In this document: in pieces, positions 1 to 12,620 of the stretch
Numbering within the stretch: position 1 is the first letter of the stretch
Layout of the letters: every line of letters starts with the position of its first letter
Origin: Octopus sinensis
Taxonomy: Eukaryota
Assembly (NCBI RefSeq): GCF_006345805.1
Contig: NC_042998.1
Span: forward strand, 84,692,001-84,756,000
Direction: 5' to 3'
DNA: 64,000 nt
Notes under the pieces: model-generated
The model's input: the letters and a program-made list of their open reading frames with translations, nothing else
Databases searched by the model: none
What the model was told of the DNA's origin: nothing
Position numbers and translations under genes: made by a program

Positions 1-18
1 CTATATATATATATATAC

Positions 19-277
19 GGATCCCTTTCAGGAGCAAATGGGTTATTTCCCTTGGATGTTTAAAAATAATATATTAGTTATATGTAGTAGATATAAGAAT
101 CCCTTCCAGGGGTCCTAATATCAATTTTTTTTCAACAATCTAAGTATGTCACTAGTTTTCCAGACATGAGTTCTACTCACATGTCAAGTTTCATCAAAAT
201 CGATAAAACGCTGTAGGAGGAGTTAAATAACAATGCCACAAACAAACACACCCACGGATTTGCACATATGTAGTAGA
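19..277 (-). mobile_element. Non-autonomous Helitron, 5' part only (copy A)
   Basis: Same 5' terminus (TCtactacatatgtg on the minus strand) and same internal atgggttatttcccttgg units as copy B; truncated at a (TA)n tract. Confidence 0.75.
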
Positions 278-1861
278 CTAGCTGGTGTACCCGGTAATTT
301 CCGGGGTAAAGATTTTCTATTGAAATGCCTTATTACTCTGATATAAGAAAGCAATTTCGTTATAACTGCCACAAAAAGTGTATTTTCCGTCACAAAAATG
401 TACAAAAAACTGTCAGCTGGAGGAGGGAAAGATTGTTGGAGGTTGGCAAGAGAAGCTGTCGAGAGAGGTTTTTGGAGGTTGCGTGAGAAAAGCGCTGTGA
501 AAGTGTTAAGTGAAATTTGACAATCGAGGATCGCATCCATGCTATGCTTGCATGAAGCTACTACAAATATGCTGTGGAATAAAAAATTTATCTACTGTCA
601 TGGAAAAAGTGTAACTGTAAAATGCAGAATTATAGGAGTAATGGGCATTCAAAAAAGTATGTATATATAGAAATGTATGAATAAAGTCTTTAAGGTTTAA
701 GATTCAAATCAAGGAAGTGCGATGATAATGTTTAGCAGTTCAAAACTGAATAGTGAAATGCAGAATTAGGTTGGCTGATTGTGAGAATCAAATATTGATC
801 GCTTCACTAAAAACTGCAAGTGGCATGGGTTATTTCCCTTGGGTTGTTTAAATAAAATATTAGTTATATGTAGTAGATAGCAGGATCCATTGGAGGGGCG
901 CTATTATCAATTTTTTTCAGCAATCTAAGTATGTCATGAGGTTTCCTGGCATGAGATCTACTCATGTGTCAAATAAAGTATAAAAGTGATATTGTCTGCA
1001 AAAATTAAAAATAGGATGCACAAAAAAATCATTATTCAAAGTAATCGAACATAAACAATGAAATGGGTTATTTCCTTTGGGTGTTTAAAATAAATTAGTT
1101 ATATGAGGTAGATATAAAGGTCACTTCCAGGGGATGTATTCAAAGTAATCAAACATACATCATGAAACCTGTAAAATATTTCTAAATTCGATGGTTCAAT
1201 TAGTTTCATGAAAATGTTGTATGAACTGTAAATAAGCAATAAATATTATGATTTGTAAAATAAGTATAAGTGATACAGGGTGTCCCAACTGAATGTGGTG
1301 TGGAAGTTTGGTTTCATTTTTTAAGAATTTTAAGCATTCAAAGTATGAGACACACTCATTCTGGAATAAAAAAATTTATGTACTGTCATCGAAAAATTTT
1401 AACTGGAAAAATGCAGAATTATCGGAATTATGGGCGTTGAAAGTGTACATGCATCAAGATAGTGCAATAATAAGGTTTAGCAGTTGAAAACTGTGGGTAG
1501 TGAAATGCACAATTAGGTTTGCTGATCATGAAAATCAAATATTGATCACTTCGCTAAAAACTAACAACTGTAAGTGAAGGTGCTATGGGTTATTTTCCTT
1601 GAGTGTTAAAAAAATATTGTGCAGGTACTATGGGTTATTTCCCTTGGATATTTTTAAAAAATAGTTATATGAGGTAGATATAAAGATTCCTTCCTTGGGC
1701 TGTATTATTGATTGTTTCAACGATCTAAGCATGTCACAAGGTTTCCAGACATGAGTTCTACTCACGTATCAAGTTTCATCCAAATCAATAAAACGATGTA
1801 GGAGGAGTTACCTAACAACACTACAAACAAACACACACCGATTTTCCACATATGTAGTAGA
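278..1861 (-). mobile_element. Non-autonomous Helitron (copy B)
   Basis: Minus strand starts A|TC at 1861 and ends with hairpin taccccggaaattaccgggta followed by CTAG|T at 278. Has internal subrepeats. Confidence 0.85.
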
Positions 1862-1884
1862 TATATATGTATATATAAATAGTG

Positions 1885-2040
1885 GCAGTGTGCGTGTGTA
1901 GTAAGAAGCTTGCTTCCCAACAACATAGTTCCAGGTTCAGTCCCACTGTGTGTCACCTTGAGCATGTGTCTTCTATTATAGCTTCGGACCAACCAAAGCC
2001 TTGTGAGTGGATTTAGTAGAAGAAAACTGAAATAAGCCTG

Positions 2041-2082
<42 letters not shown>

Positions 2083-2315
2083 ATTTGTGTGTGTGTATGT
2101 ATTTGTGTGTGTGTCTGTGCTTGTCCCACCATCATTGCCTGACAACCGATGTTGATGTGCCTACATCCCTGTCACTTAGTAGTTCAGCAAAGGCGACTGA
2201 TAGAATAAGTACTAAGCTTACAAAGAATGAATCTTGAGATCGATTTCTTTGACTAAAGGTGGTGTTCTAGCATGGCTGTAGTCAAATGAATAAAAGAATA
2301 AGTGAATAAAAGAAT
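1885..2315 (+). mobile_element. tRNA-headed SINE, family 1
   Basis: ggttcagtcccactg B-box-like head, internal (TG)n and gaataaaaga tail. Confidence 0.85.
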
Positions 2316-2320
2316 ATATA

Positions 2321-2381
<61 letters not shown>

Positions 2382-2579
2382 GTTGAAATTTATTTTAAAG
2401 CTAAAGATGAAGGAAGGTATATGAGCAACAAGCAGGTGTATTAGTTTGATGCTTGGGAAAATGAAAAAGTCTTTTAAGTTTTGAGCCTACGCTCTTCAAC
2501 AAAAAGGAATAAGAGAAAATAAACAGAAAGAGAATGAATATATATAAATATATATATGTATATAAATGAAGTGAGTTCA

Positions 2580-3017
2580 TGGCTCACAGGACGGCCTGCT
2601 GTGCTAACCTTGGATCATAGGGCGACCTGCTGTGCTTGAGGAGATCTATTGAGTCAAATACATCAACATCAAAATAAAATTCAATGGAATTTGTAGTTGT
2701 GGTATCCACATAAAAGGCACCATCTGAACTTGGTTGATGCCAGTGGCGCCTTGACTGGTGTCTGTATTGGTGACACATAAAAAAGCACCAACCAATTGTC
2801 GCTGTTTGCCAGCCTCTTCTGGCCCCTGTGCTGTTGGTATGTAAAAAGCACCCACTACACTCACGGAGCGGTTGGTGTTAGGAAGGGTATCCAGCTGTAG
2901 AAGCACTGCCAGATCAGACAGGAGCCTGGTGCAGCCTCCTGGCTTTCCAGACCCCGGTCGGACTGTCCAACCCATGCTAGCATGGAAAACGGACATTAAA
3001 CGATGATGATAATGATG

Positions 3018-3023
<6 letters not shown>
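2580..3023 (+). mobile_element. RTE 3'UTR-derived copy with (GAT)n tail (representative of more than 15 copies in the window)
   Basis: Matches the 3'UTR of the 54.6-kb RTE. Other copies lie near 7.05, 10.02, 10.45, 13.66, 15.04, 21.5, 29.63, 33.85, 36.4, 42.4, 43.95, 46.5, 48.97, 52.1, 53.4 and 53.63 kb. Confidence 0.85.
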
Positions 3024-3066
<43 letters not shown>

Positions 3067-3087
3067 TTTGGGTATGGTAGATGAGTT

Positions 3088-3262
3088 CAGCAAAAATTTA
3101 GATTCAGATGAATATGGTACTTGAGTTGAGGCACCAGAATTTAGCATGTTATTATCCATACAATTTCAAAATAAAGCGATTAAAATCAAAATAAGCAACA
3201 AGGATATCCAGAGGTTATACAGTAGTGCGTTACCTCTGGATATCCTTGTTGCTTATTTTGAT
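3088..3262. mobile_element. Inverted pair of PLE/retrozyme-like repeat fragments (same family as 48.7-49.3 kb)
   Basis: 3088-3224 is the reverse complement of the segment downstream of the 48.8/49.2-kb hammerheads, and 3225-3262 is a forward copy. Perfect 31-bp arms at 3185-3215 and 3232-3262. Confidence 0.8.
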
Positions 3263-3629
3263 ATATATATATATATATGTAAAAATAAACACACACTATA
3301 TATTCGTTCTTCACTCATATATTAGTTCTTATTTTATGACATGTCCATTGTCCACAAATCTTTTGTCACACATCTATGACCTCTTCAGCGACCCTTTCCT
3401 TCTTCGTGTATCTACCTGTTCTGCTTTGTCCATTCTGTCTTTCTATGGTGTGTTTCCTTATCTGTGCATGTGTTTGCATTTATATCTGTGTGTATGCACC
3501 TGTGTGTATGTGCATGCATTCATGTGTGTGTGCATATGCTTGTGTATATGCATTTCACATGTGTGCTTATGTGTGTGTAAATGGACTTATCCACTACACT
3601 GATTGTATCTATGTCCTTAATACTGCTGC

Positions 3630-3689
<60 letters not shown>

Positions 3690-3723
3690 TATACATACAG
3701 TATGTATGTATGTGTATACATAT

Positions 3724-3800
<77 letters not shown>

Positions 3801-4347
3801 TACTTTGCACTGCATATCATGTTGCTTATCTACAGAACAATCCTGGAAACACACACACTCAAATGCAAAGCATTATTGTCAAATGTTTTAAATCAAACTA
3901 GCATAAAAGCAAGGTCACATGTAAATGTGTGTCTGTGTGTGTAATGTAAAATTTCAAATATACTGACATTTGCTGGACAACTGAAGCCTCTAGAACAAAT
4001 AGCAACCTATATATCTCGCATGAAATCTTTTAATCTTCAAAATCTTTTAATTTGTTGAATGTCTACCTGTTCTGTTAGTAAAAGTATCCAAATTTCATTC
4101 AAATCCCAGTCTTAACATCTTAAAATATAAAGAGATATTGCACAAGTTAATCTGAGATATGATATGCTTGAAAAATTAAAGTGAAAATAGCCACGGTTGG
4201 TATGCTTTTCATTGTAGCTTTGCTCTATCAGAACTGATCTAGGATTAAACATTACTATATGTTCTTTTCCTCAAGTGCAGTGTGAAGGGACATAAAATAG
4301 CTTTAATTCCTGTATTAATGCCTCATTCTGATTTTGGTTCTTTATCA

Positions 4348-4504
4348 AGAGTGGCTGTGTGGTAAGTAGCTTGCTTATCAACCACATGGTTCCGGGTTCA
4401 GTCCCACTGTGTGGCACCTTGGGCAAGTGTCTTCTACCATAGCCTTGGGCTGACCAAAGCCTTGAGAGTGGATTTGGTAGACAGAAACTTAAAGAAGCCC
4501 ATCA

Positions 4505-4572
<68 letters not shown>

Positions 4573-4810
4573 TGTATGTGTGTGTGTGTATATGTTTCTG
4601 TGTCTGTGTTTGTCCCCCCCCAACATCGCTTGACAACCGATGCTGGTGTGTTTACAACCCTGTAACTTAGCAGTTCGGCAAAAAGTGACCGATAGAATAA
4701 GTACTGGGCTTACAAAGAAGAAGTCCTGGGGTTGATTTGCTCGACTAAAGGTGGTGCTCCAGCATGGCCACAGTCAAATGACTGAAACAAGTAAAAGAGT
4801 AAAAGAAGAG
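4348..4810 (+). mobile_element. SINE family 1
   Basis: gagtggctgtgtggtaag...ggttccgggttcagtccc head; gtaaaaga tail. Confidence 0.9.
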
Positions 4811-4829
4811 AATATCAATAAAGGAACAG

Positions 4830-5255
4830 GCACTTAGGTGTGTGTTAAGAAGCTTGCTTCTCAACCACATGGCTCTGGATTCAGTCTTACTGCATGGCAA
4901 CTTGGGCAAGTGCCGTGGACTGATCAAAGTCTTGTGAATGAATTTGAGAGACAGAAACTGAAAGAAGTCTGTTGTATGTACATGTGTGTTTGTGTTTGTA
5001 TGTGCATGTGAGAGTATGCACGCATGTGTGCATGTGTATGCAAGTGTTTGCACATTTCTGTGTCTGTGTTTGTGCCCCACCACCACTTGACAAGAGGTGT
5101 TGGTGTGTTTATGTTCTTGTAACCTAGCAATTTGGCAAAAGAGACCAATAGAGTACCAGTTTTAAGAAAATAAGTACTGGCATTGATTCATTCAGCTAAA
5201 AATTCTTCAAAGCAGTGCTCAAACATGGCCACAATCTAGTGATGGAAAGAAGTAA
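4830..5255 (+). mobile_element. SINE family 1 (diverged)
   Basis: Colinear similarity to the neighbouring copies. Confidence 0.8.
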
Positions 5256-5265
5256 AGTTTAAAAA

Positions 5266-5460
5266 GTGCATGGCCTTGTGATTAGGATGTTGCATGCTCA
5301 ACTGCAAGATCAAGGTTTTGATTCCCAGAATGGATGGTGCATTGTGTTCTTGAGCAAAACACTTCATTTCACATTGTTCACAGTTATGAGTAATCCTGTG
5401 AGAGACTGGTGTCCCATTCAGTGGGAATATGGTGTTTTCAGTCACTTATAAGCCATGAGC
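5266..5460 (+). mobile_element. SINE-like repeat, family 3
   Basis: gcatggcct.gtg.ttagg head and ttcttgagcaaaacacttcatttcac body; related copies at about 18443-18680 and 60555-60790. Confidence 0.6.
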
Positions 5461-5502
5461 TCTCGGATTTGAGACAGCATTTTCTTATCAGAATATTGAA
5501 GG

Positions 5503-5657
5503 GCACAGGAATGGCCGTGTGGTAAGAAGCTTGCTTCCCAATCACATGGTTCCGGGTTCAATCCCATAACATGGCACCTTGGGCAAAAGTCTTCTACCAT
5601 AACCTTGGGCTGACCAAAGCCTTGTAAATGGATTTAGTAGATGAAACTGAAAGAAGT

Positions 5658-5711
<54 letters not shown>

Positions 5712-5945
5712 TATATGCATGTATATGTATGTATTTATGTGTCTGAGTTTGTCCCTTTGTCCCCCCATAATCGCTTGACAACCAATGCTGAAGTGTTTAC
5801 ATCCCTGTAACTTACCGGTTCGGCAAAAGAAACAAGTAGAATAAGTACTAGGCTTACAAAGAATAAGTCCTGGGGTTGATTTGTTTGATTAATGGTGGCA
5901 CTCCAGCATGGCCACAGTCAAATGACTGAAACAATTAAAAGAAAA
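5503..5945 (+). mobile_element. SINE family 1
   Basis: Colinear similarity to the neighbouring copies. Confidence 0.9.
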
Positions 5946-6124
5946 TGCTAACCAATTCTATTATTAGTTTCTTGATTGATGAAATCAGCTTTAACCACTT
6001 TTTTTTTTACCATATATTTGTTTAAAATACATTGTTTTGGTATCAGCTAATCTTGAAAATAATGAATGGTTTAATCAAATAATCTTGTCATTATTAAGCT
6101 GGTTTTTGGAACATAAATTTACAT

Positions 6125-6518
6125 GGCGCAGGAGTGGCTGTGTGGTAAGTAGCTTGCTTACTAATCACATGGTTCCGGGTTCAGTCTCACTGCGTGGCAT
6201 CTTGGGCAAGTGTCTTTTGCTATAGCCTCAGGCCGACCAATGCCTTGTGAGTGGATTTGGTAGACCGAAACTGAAAGAAGCTTGTCGTATATATGTATAT
6301 ATATATGTATTTGTGTATATGTTTCTGTGTCTGTGTTTGTCCCCCTAGCATTGCTTGTGTGTTTACGTCTCCGTCACTTAGCGGTTCGGCAAAAGAGACC
6401 GATAGAATAAGTACTGGGCTTACAAAGAATAAGTCCCGGGGTCGATTTGCTCGACTAAAGGTGGTGCTCCAGCATGGCTGCAGTCAAATGACTGAAACAA
6501 GTAAAAGAGAGAAAGAGA
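6125..6518 (+). mobile_element. SINE family 1
   Basis: Full head to tail, near consensus. Confidence 0.9.
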
Positions 6519-6663
6519 AATGGAATTTTGAGGTAAGGTTTTAGCTTAGATCACTTTGCAACAGGGAGTTTGTGCTATAGAACCGGAGGGCAGTCTCAAG
6601 TGGAATGGTATGAAAAGGGTTAGACCTCTTTACCAGATGATGATGTAGTAAGATTACTTTTAA

Positions 6664-6869
6664 CTCTTTTGTTACTGCACCTCTGTTGGAAGACATTGCC
6701 CGTATTTCAGTTACGTTTGTAAGTAATGAAAAATTTAGTAAAATAACTTTGTCATTATCAAAGCTGTTGATTGGATCACAAATTAACATGAAACTTTGAC
6801 TGAAATTTAGATAATTTTAAAATAGGAAATTTGTATGAGAAAACCTGGTGTGGATTGTTATCAAAAGAG
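6664..6869. mobile_element. piggyBac-type MITE
   Basis: TTAA flanks (6660-6663, 6870-6873) and termini ctcttttg / caaaagag. Confidence 0.75.
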
Positions 6870-7858
6870 TTAATTTAGTTAAGTTTTGGTTCTCATTTTT
6901 AGTTGGTGAGGTGAGGAACATGTTTTGACAGAAAAAATGAATGTAAGTTTTGTTTTCCATTTTTATATTTGTTTGTCAGATTCTGCATATGAAATGGTAA
7001 GAAAGATTTCGTTGTAACTTGGGGTGGTTATTTTAGAAATACAAATTCATCACCATTGTTTAACATCTGCCTTCTATGCTGGCATGGGTGGGACAGTTTG
7101 ACAGGAGCCAGCCAGCCAGAAGCCTGCAGCAGATTTCTGTGTCTGTTTTGGTAGGATTTTAACAGCTGGATGCCCTTTCTAATGCCAACCACCCGGCAGA
7201 GTGAACTGAGTGCTTTTCATGTGGCACAAGCACAGGTAAGGTCAGTTTTGGGAAGGTTCTTACAGCAGGATGCCCCTTTAATTACCATCCACTTTACAGT
7301 GTGGACTAGATGCTTTTTAAGTGGCACCAGCACTGACAGGGTCACCAAGGAACTTGCAAGACAAAGATCCTTTGAGAAGGGAGGGGGCACTGGAGGAGGT
7401 GATCTTGTGTCAGATGATGAAAAGTTATAGTGAGACAGAGAGACAAAAACAGGTGCCTTGCTGTAGAGAAGGTACAAGGTTACCCAGCCGAGGTGGGGAG
7501 AGATCAGGAATGAGGACAGAAACAGGTGCGCTGCCATAAAGGAGATACATGGTTAGCTAACCTGAGGGAAGTGAAGGAGAAAGAGAGAGAGTAGGAGACA
7601 GCAGGATAGTGATGGTGGCAAAGTGCTGGCATACTTACAAGGGATAGAGATCAGAATAAACATGAGATGGTTGAGTAAAAGAAGAGAGAGATGTAGATGG
7701 TGCCAGGGCTTATCCTTGAAGTTCAACGATCATAATGTAAGTGGTAGGACATTGCCAAAGAAGCGTGATTAGAGAGTTGAGAGGGGGATGCATGCACTTA
7801 TATTTTGCTCCTTTTGTAGAAGTACACTCTAGTGAAATTCCTCTCCCCTTTATCATAT

Positions 7859-8208
7859 ATACATACATTCGAACATAGCAGATAACACCTAACCTTTGGC
7901 AGCTATTTGGACCCCATTGTGTCCACTACTCTGATTGGTCAGTATTGGCATTGTCACTGTAACTGGCTGTCTTGTGTGGACAGTGGCTAGACCTTAGAAG
8001 GTGTGGAAGAGGTGGCTCAAATGGGGTTGAAAAAAGGCTGTCTCACATGATCTTATTTAGGGGCACTGATTGGTTATACACTGCAAATTGGCGTGACAGA
8101 GTAAGAGGCAAATTGCACCAATACCAACCAATCAGAGTAGTGGACACAATGGGGGTCCAAATATCAGCCAAAGGTTAGCTGTTATCTGCTACGTTTGAAT
8201 GTATGTAT
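7859..8208. mobile_element. MITE with ~90-bp terminal inverted repeats
   Basis: 7859-7948 is the near reverse complement of 8118-8208; TA-rich flanks. Confidence 0.75.
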
Positions 8209-9400
8209 CTTTATATATATAAAACTGAGAATGTGTATCTGTGTGTCTGTCTGTGTGTTTCCCTAAAACTTGAGAACTACACTACCAATTTCATTCAAAT
8301 TTTACACATGCCTTACTTAGGGTCCGTGGAGCGTCATCGGCAAAAAAAAATTTGAACTTTTTGCCTAGGGCGAGCCCACAGCAATATCATATCTTCTCCA
8401 CTACGATTCCCTAAATCTTGAGAACTACACAACCAATTCCATTCAAATTTTACACTTGCCTTACTTAGGGTCCATGTAGTTTCATGGGCAAAAAAAAAAT
8501 GTTCAACTTCTTGCCTAGAGTGAGCCCATAGTAATATCATATCTTCTCCACTATTTCAGTATTACGTGTTAAAAGTGAAACAAAAACGTTTCTCTATTTT
8601 ATGTCAGATGCTTTCACTTTAACAATAAAAATAATAATAACAATTGAATTATATGTAGTAAGTAATAATTAAAATCAAACTAAAGTATAATATAATTGTA
8701 ACATAACAAAAGTAAAAATAGCAATTGGTATAAAATTGCATCAATGATTTGAACTTGAATAAGTGGTTTCACATGAATGGGAATAAATTAAAAATAAAAT
8801 TAGCGTGCAGAAATGGAATAGTCCAGCTGGATAATAAAAAATTAAATTAAAGAAAAGACTATTGTCTATAAAGTATACAATCCCGGTAAAAAATTAAAAA
8901 TGCCACCATCTCCCCCAGAAGTAGAGGTAGGCTGGATTGTAGCCACACTTCTATACAAGCAGGAGGACAAGATACAATTGATTGAAATCACAAGAGACGG
9001 GCTAACAATTCCAGTCTGTTATATATTTTGAGTATTGTTATCATTAGCGATATCAAGATATAACTTTGTATTTTGTATTTTATGTATAGATGTACATGTA
9101 ATATGTACACATATATATACACATATATACATGCACTAGCACTATGACCCGGCAACGATGGGTCTTTAACCCTTTAGTGTTCACATTATTCTACCAAAAT
9201 TAATGCTTTTTCATCCACATTGCCTTGAACTAATCAAGCATTATCTTGGAGCTATGAGATTTTGATGAGGTAGCTGTTAAGTTTTAAAACGACATTGTAG
9301 GGTTGGTGTGAGAGACCAGATCTATCCAGTTTGAATATAAAACAGGCAGAATACTTTTGGCCGGATATGGCCGGTTCAAATGCTAAAGGGTTAATGCTAG
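8208..9400 (+). mobile_element. Non-autonomous Helitron with an internal ~148-bp tandem duplication and a nested piggyBac-type MITE
   Basis: A|TC at 8208, 3' hairpin gaccc-ggcaacgat-gggtc, and CTAG|T at 9397-9400. Duplicated units at about 8261-8403 and 8409-8552. Confidence 0.75.
9170..9390. mobile_element. piggyBac-type MITE
   Basis: TTAA on both sides (9166-9169, 9391-9394) and termini ccctttag / ctaaaggg. Confidence 0.85.
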
Positions 9401-9633
9401 TATATAATAAAAAGGAGAGAAATATCACAAGGGTGTATGCTACAGTTTCATCCAAGGAAATAACTGGTTCAATACCTAGCATTTTGGTGGAATGAATTTC
9501 CTTAAAATAAAAGGTATATATAAAAACGTAGTTTATATTCATTTAAAAGAAGAAAATGGAGATTAGGAAGTTCATAATTGTTTATTACTAACAGCAAGTT
9601 GGTCATCTTTACTTACAAGTGTTTCTATTAATA

Positions 9634-9693
<60 letters not shown>

Positions 9694-9876
9694 GGAAGGC
9701 TGGTTGATGGGATTACTCTGGGTTTTCCATCCATAAAGGATTTAATTTTATGGCGTATCATTTGACCCCCAAATCCTGTTGGTTATGCCAACAGGTTTTG
9801 GAAGTCTAATGATACGCCATAAAGTTAAACCCTTTATGGACAGGGAACCCAGAGTAATCCCATAAACTAGCCTTCC
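9694..9876. repeat. ~180-bp imperfect foldback (MITE-like hairpin)
   Basis: Arms ggaaggctggttgatgggattactctggg... / ...cccagagtaatcccataaactagccttcc pair almost up to a 5-nt loop (cctgttgg-ttatg-ccaacagg). Confidence 0.8.
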
Positions 9877-9957
9877 CCAGTAAAATATATACTGCTCTAC
9901 ATTTTTATGTGTGCTTCTCCGGATTTATGTTTTTTACAAATGATGCTATATATATAT

Positions 9958-10002
<45 letters not shown>

Positions 10003-10262
10003 ATATATATATATATGTATATATCATCATCATCGTTTAACATCCATTTTCCATGCTAGCATGGATTGGACAGTTCGACTGGGGTCTGGGAAGCCAGGAG
10101 GCTGCACCAGACTCCAGTCTGATTTGGCAGTGTTTCTACAGCTGGATGCCTTTCCTAACGCCAATCACTCCGTGAGTGTAGTGGGTGCTTTTTACGTGCC
10201 ACTGGCACAGGGGCCAGAGGAGGCTGGCAATGGCCACGATCGGATGGTGCTTTTTACATATG

Positions 10263-10300
<38 letters not shown>

Positions 10301-10655
10301 CACACACAGCTGTGTGTATGATTGTGTATAGAATATATTACTCAAAGAAAATCCAACTTTGTCTGATTTTCACGCTTTATTTACAATACTGTAATAATAT
10401 AATGTAATATAATGAAATGATAGAATATTAAATGACCATTCTAATTGAACTAGTACCGCTTGACTGGCCCTCGTGCCGGTGGCACATAAAAGCACCCACT
10501 ACGCTTTCGGAGTATTTGACGTTAGGAAGGGCATCCAGCTGTAGAAACTCTGCCAGATCAGATTGGAGCCTGTGGCAGCCAACTGGCTCGCCAGTCCTCA
10601 GTTAAATCGTCCAACCCATACTAACATGGACAGCGGACGTTAAACGATGATGATG

Positions 10656-10729
<74 letters not shown>

Positions 10730-10733
<4 letters not shown>

Positions 10734-12360
10734 TCGTGTAACTTTCGCTGTTTGTAAAATTGCGTCAGTCACAAGGTGTAAATGGACAAGCCTTAACTAT
10801 TCGATTCCAAAAACTGAAATCAAAAAGATCGGAAATTCTGATTAACTTACTATTAGACATTTGTTATTTCACCCCTGAAAATACGCAGTGGCAGACGTCC
10901 TTAGGCGCTAAAAGCCCGCCACTAGGCTAACTTTATAGTACTTATTGGAAAATTATCAGTTCAACACTATCTAATATTATTTCTTATCAATTCATTTCCT
11001 GGTAGCTAAGTGGAAATTTTACAAGATTAGAAAAATACTATTCAGATATTTCAAACAGTAATAAAATCACAACCATATCTTCTAACTAACCAATCCATAA
11101 CATAAACACGAAAAGTATGTTTAAAAAATCACAACAAATAAACGTGTATATGAATTAAATTCCACAGAAAGTTCAATTATCTAATTGTTCTTAAAGAAAA
11201 TAAAAATTTCGTCAAATTAAAGTGAGTCATAAGGTGTGTCCACGTCTCTTCCGGTCATAGGGGAGTAAGAAGAAGATTTGTTTAATGTGACCCATTCGCA
11301 TATATGCCGTGTGTACACGTCTTAACCCAGACGTTGTATCGAAGTTGCTGATCACGGATACATAACATACAGGTAAGTCTGCTTCTTTATTATTTCGTAC
11401 TTTTTTCTTATTAATCAACCAACACTTAGAATTTTAAAGTGTATCATAAATCCATAGAATATACTTTATAATCAAATCATACTTTTATATTAATAAGTTT
11501 TGATTTTTATTTAATCTGACCAAAATAACTGTTGTCGACCCAGTAAAGTTTATAACACTATAAACTAAAAATACTAGGAAAAATCAAATTGTTGTGATAA
11601 AAATTTCAATAAAAGTTATTTTTTTATTAGTAATTGATAATATTGTATTCGACTGAAAATCAATTAAACGTCTTGATCAAATACGAAATATTGTATCGTA
11701 ACATTTTTTACGTTATCTTGTAATTATCGTCTGGGCGACAGGCGATAAAAAAAACAAAAAAGGAAAGGTGAAATTGTGATTTCCGTGTTCGGAAAATATT
11801 ATCAGGTAAACGAGTGATGAACAATATGTACATCTAATTAGAAACATCTTCTTAGTAAGTAGATTTAACTAGTTTTATTCATTTTATTTAACCTGTATTT
11901 CCAACATGATCTAATATGATTAAACTTCCGTCTTGCTACTTTGACATACCTCACCAACCACTTGTTACTTAAACACAGCAAACTTTACATAACTCATCCT
12001 CGTAATTATATCTCCGATCAAAATAATTACGACCAAATTAAATTACTGTTAAATTCATGTTATCTGAAATATTCATCATATTTCTTTATTTCTCCCCTCT
12101 GTTCTAATATTTATTAACTTGTTAAGGTGGTGATGGTGACGATCAAGCGAGAAGAAAGCTGAATAGGACGTCGTTACTTTCTTAAATCTCTAAATCCCCG
12201 TTTTTTTTTAAATACACATTTATGTGGTACTAATTAATTAACCACAGCCTCTGTGTGGTCGTTCGACGCACTTGAAATAGCAGTCAAATCTTCCACCATT
12301 CACACTCCTGTCTAAAAAGGAAGGACGACTTGGTCAATGTAGTACTTGATATGAAAAAGG
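10730..12360 (+). promoter_or_regulatory. Candidate promoter/first-exon region (largely unique, CpG-retaining)
   Basis: CpGs are visibly retained compared with the surrounding DNA. It contains TGAGTCA (AP-1 consensus) at 11223-11229, a strong donor CAG|GTAAGT at 11373 and a second donor CAG|GTAAAC at 11806. Linkage to the FN3 gene is inferred. Confidence 0.4.
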
Positions 12361-12620
12361 TGGCCGAGTCACGGTTGGAATACCTTTCACCATATGTCTG
12401 CCCTACATCAGGTATAACTTTAACAATAACATTGCGTAAAATTAACATTTTTTCTCGGTAGATAAATAGATAGATAGACCCCCAGAGTTTTGAGGTCTAT
12501 ATCATAATATTTGCACTATACATATATTCTGCAACTGTGTGTGTGTGTATTTATATATTGTATGCAAAAAAACAAATCCGGAAAAGTAACATACTCTAGA
12601 GTATCTGCTCTAAAGATTGT

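Noticed and set aside
1885-6518. tRNA genes
   Set aside because: The A/B-box-like heads continue into SINE bodies and do not form complete cloverleafs.
10840-10860. Minus-strand donor suggesting a divergent gene from the candidate promoter
   Set aside because: Only a single GTAAGT word; I found no minus-strand host exons downstream (1-10.8 kb is nearly all repeats).
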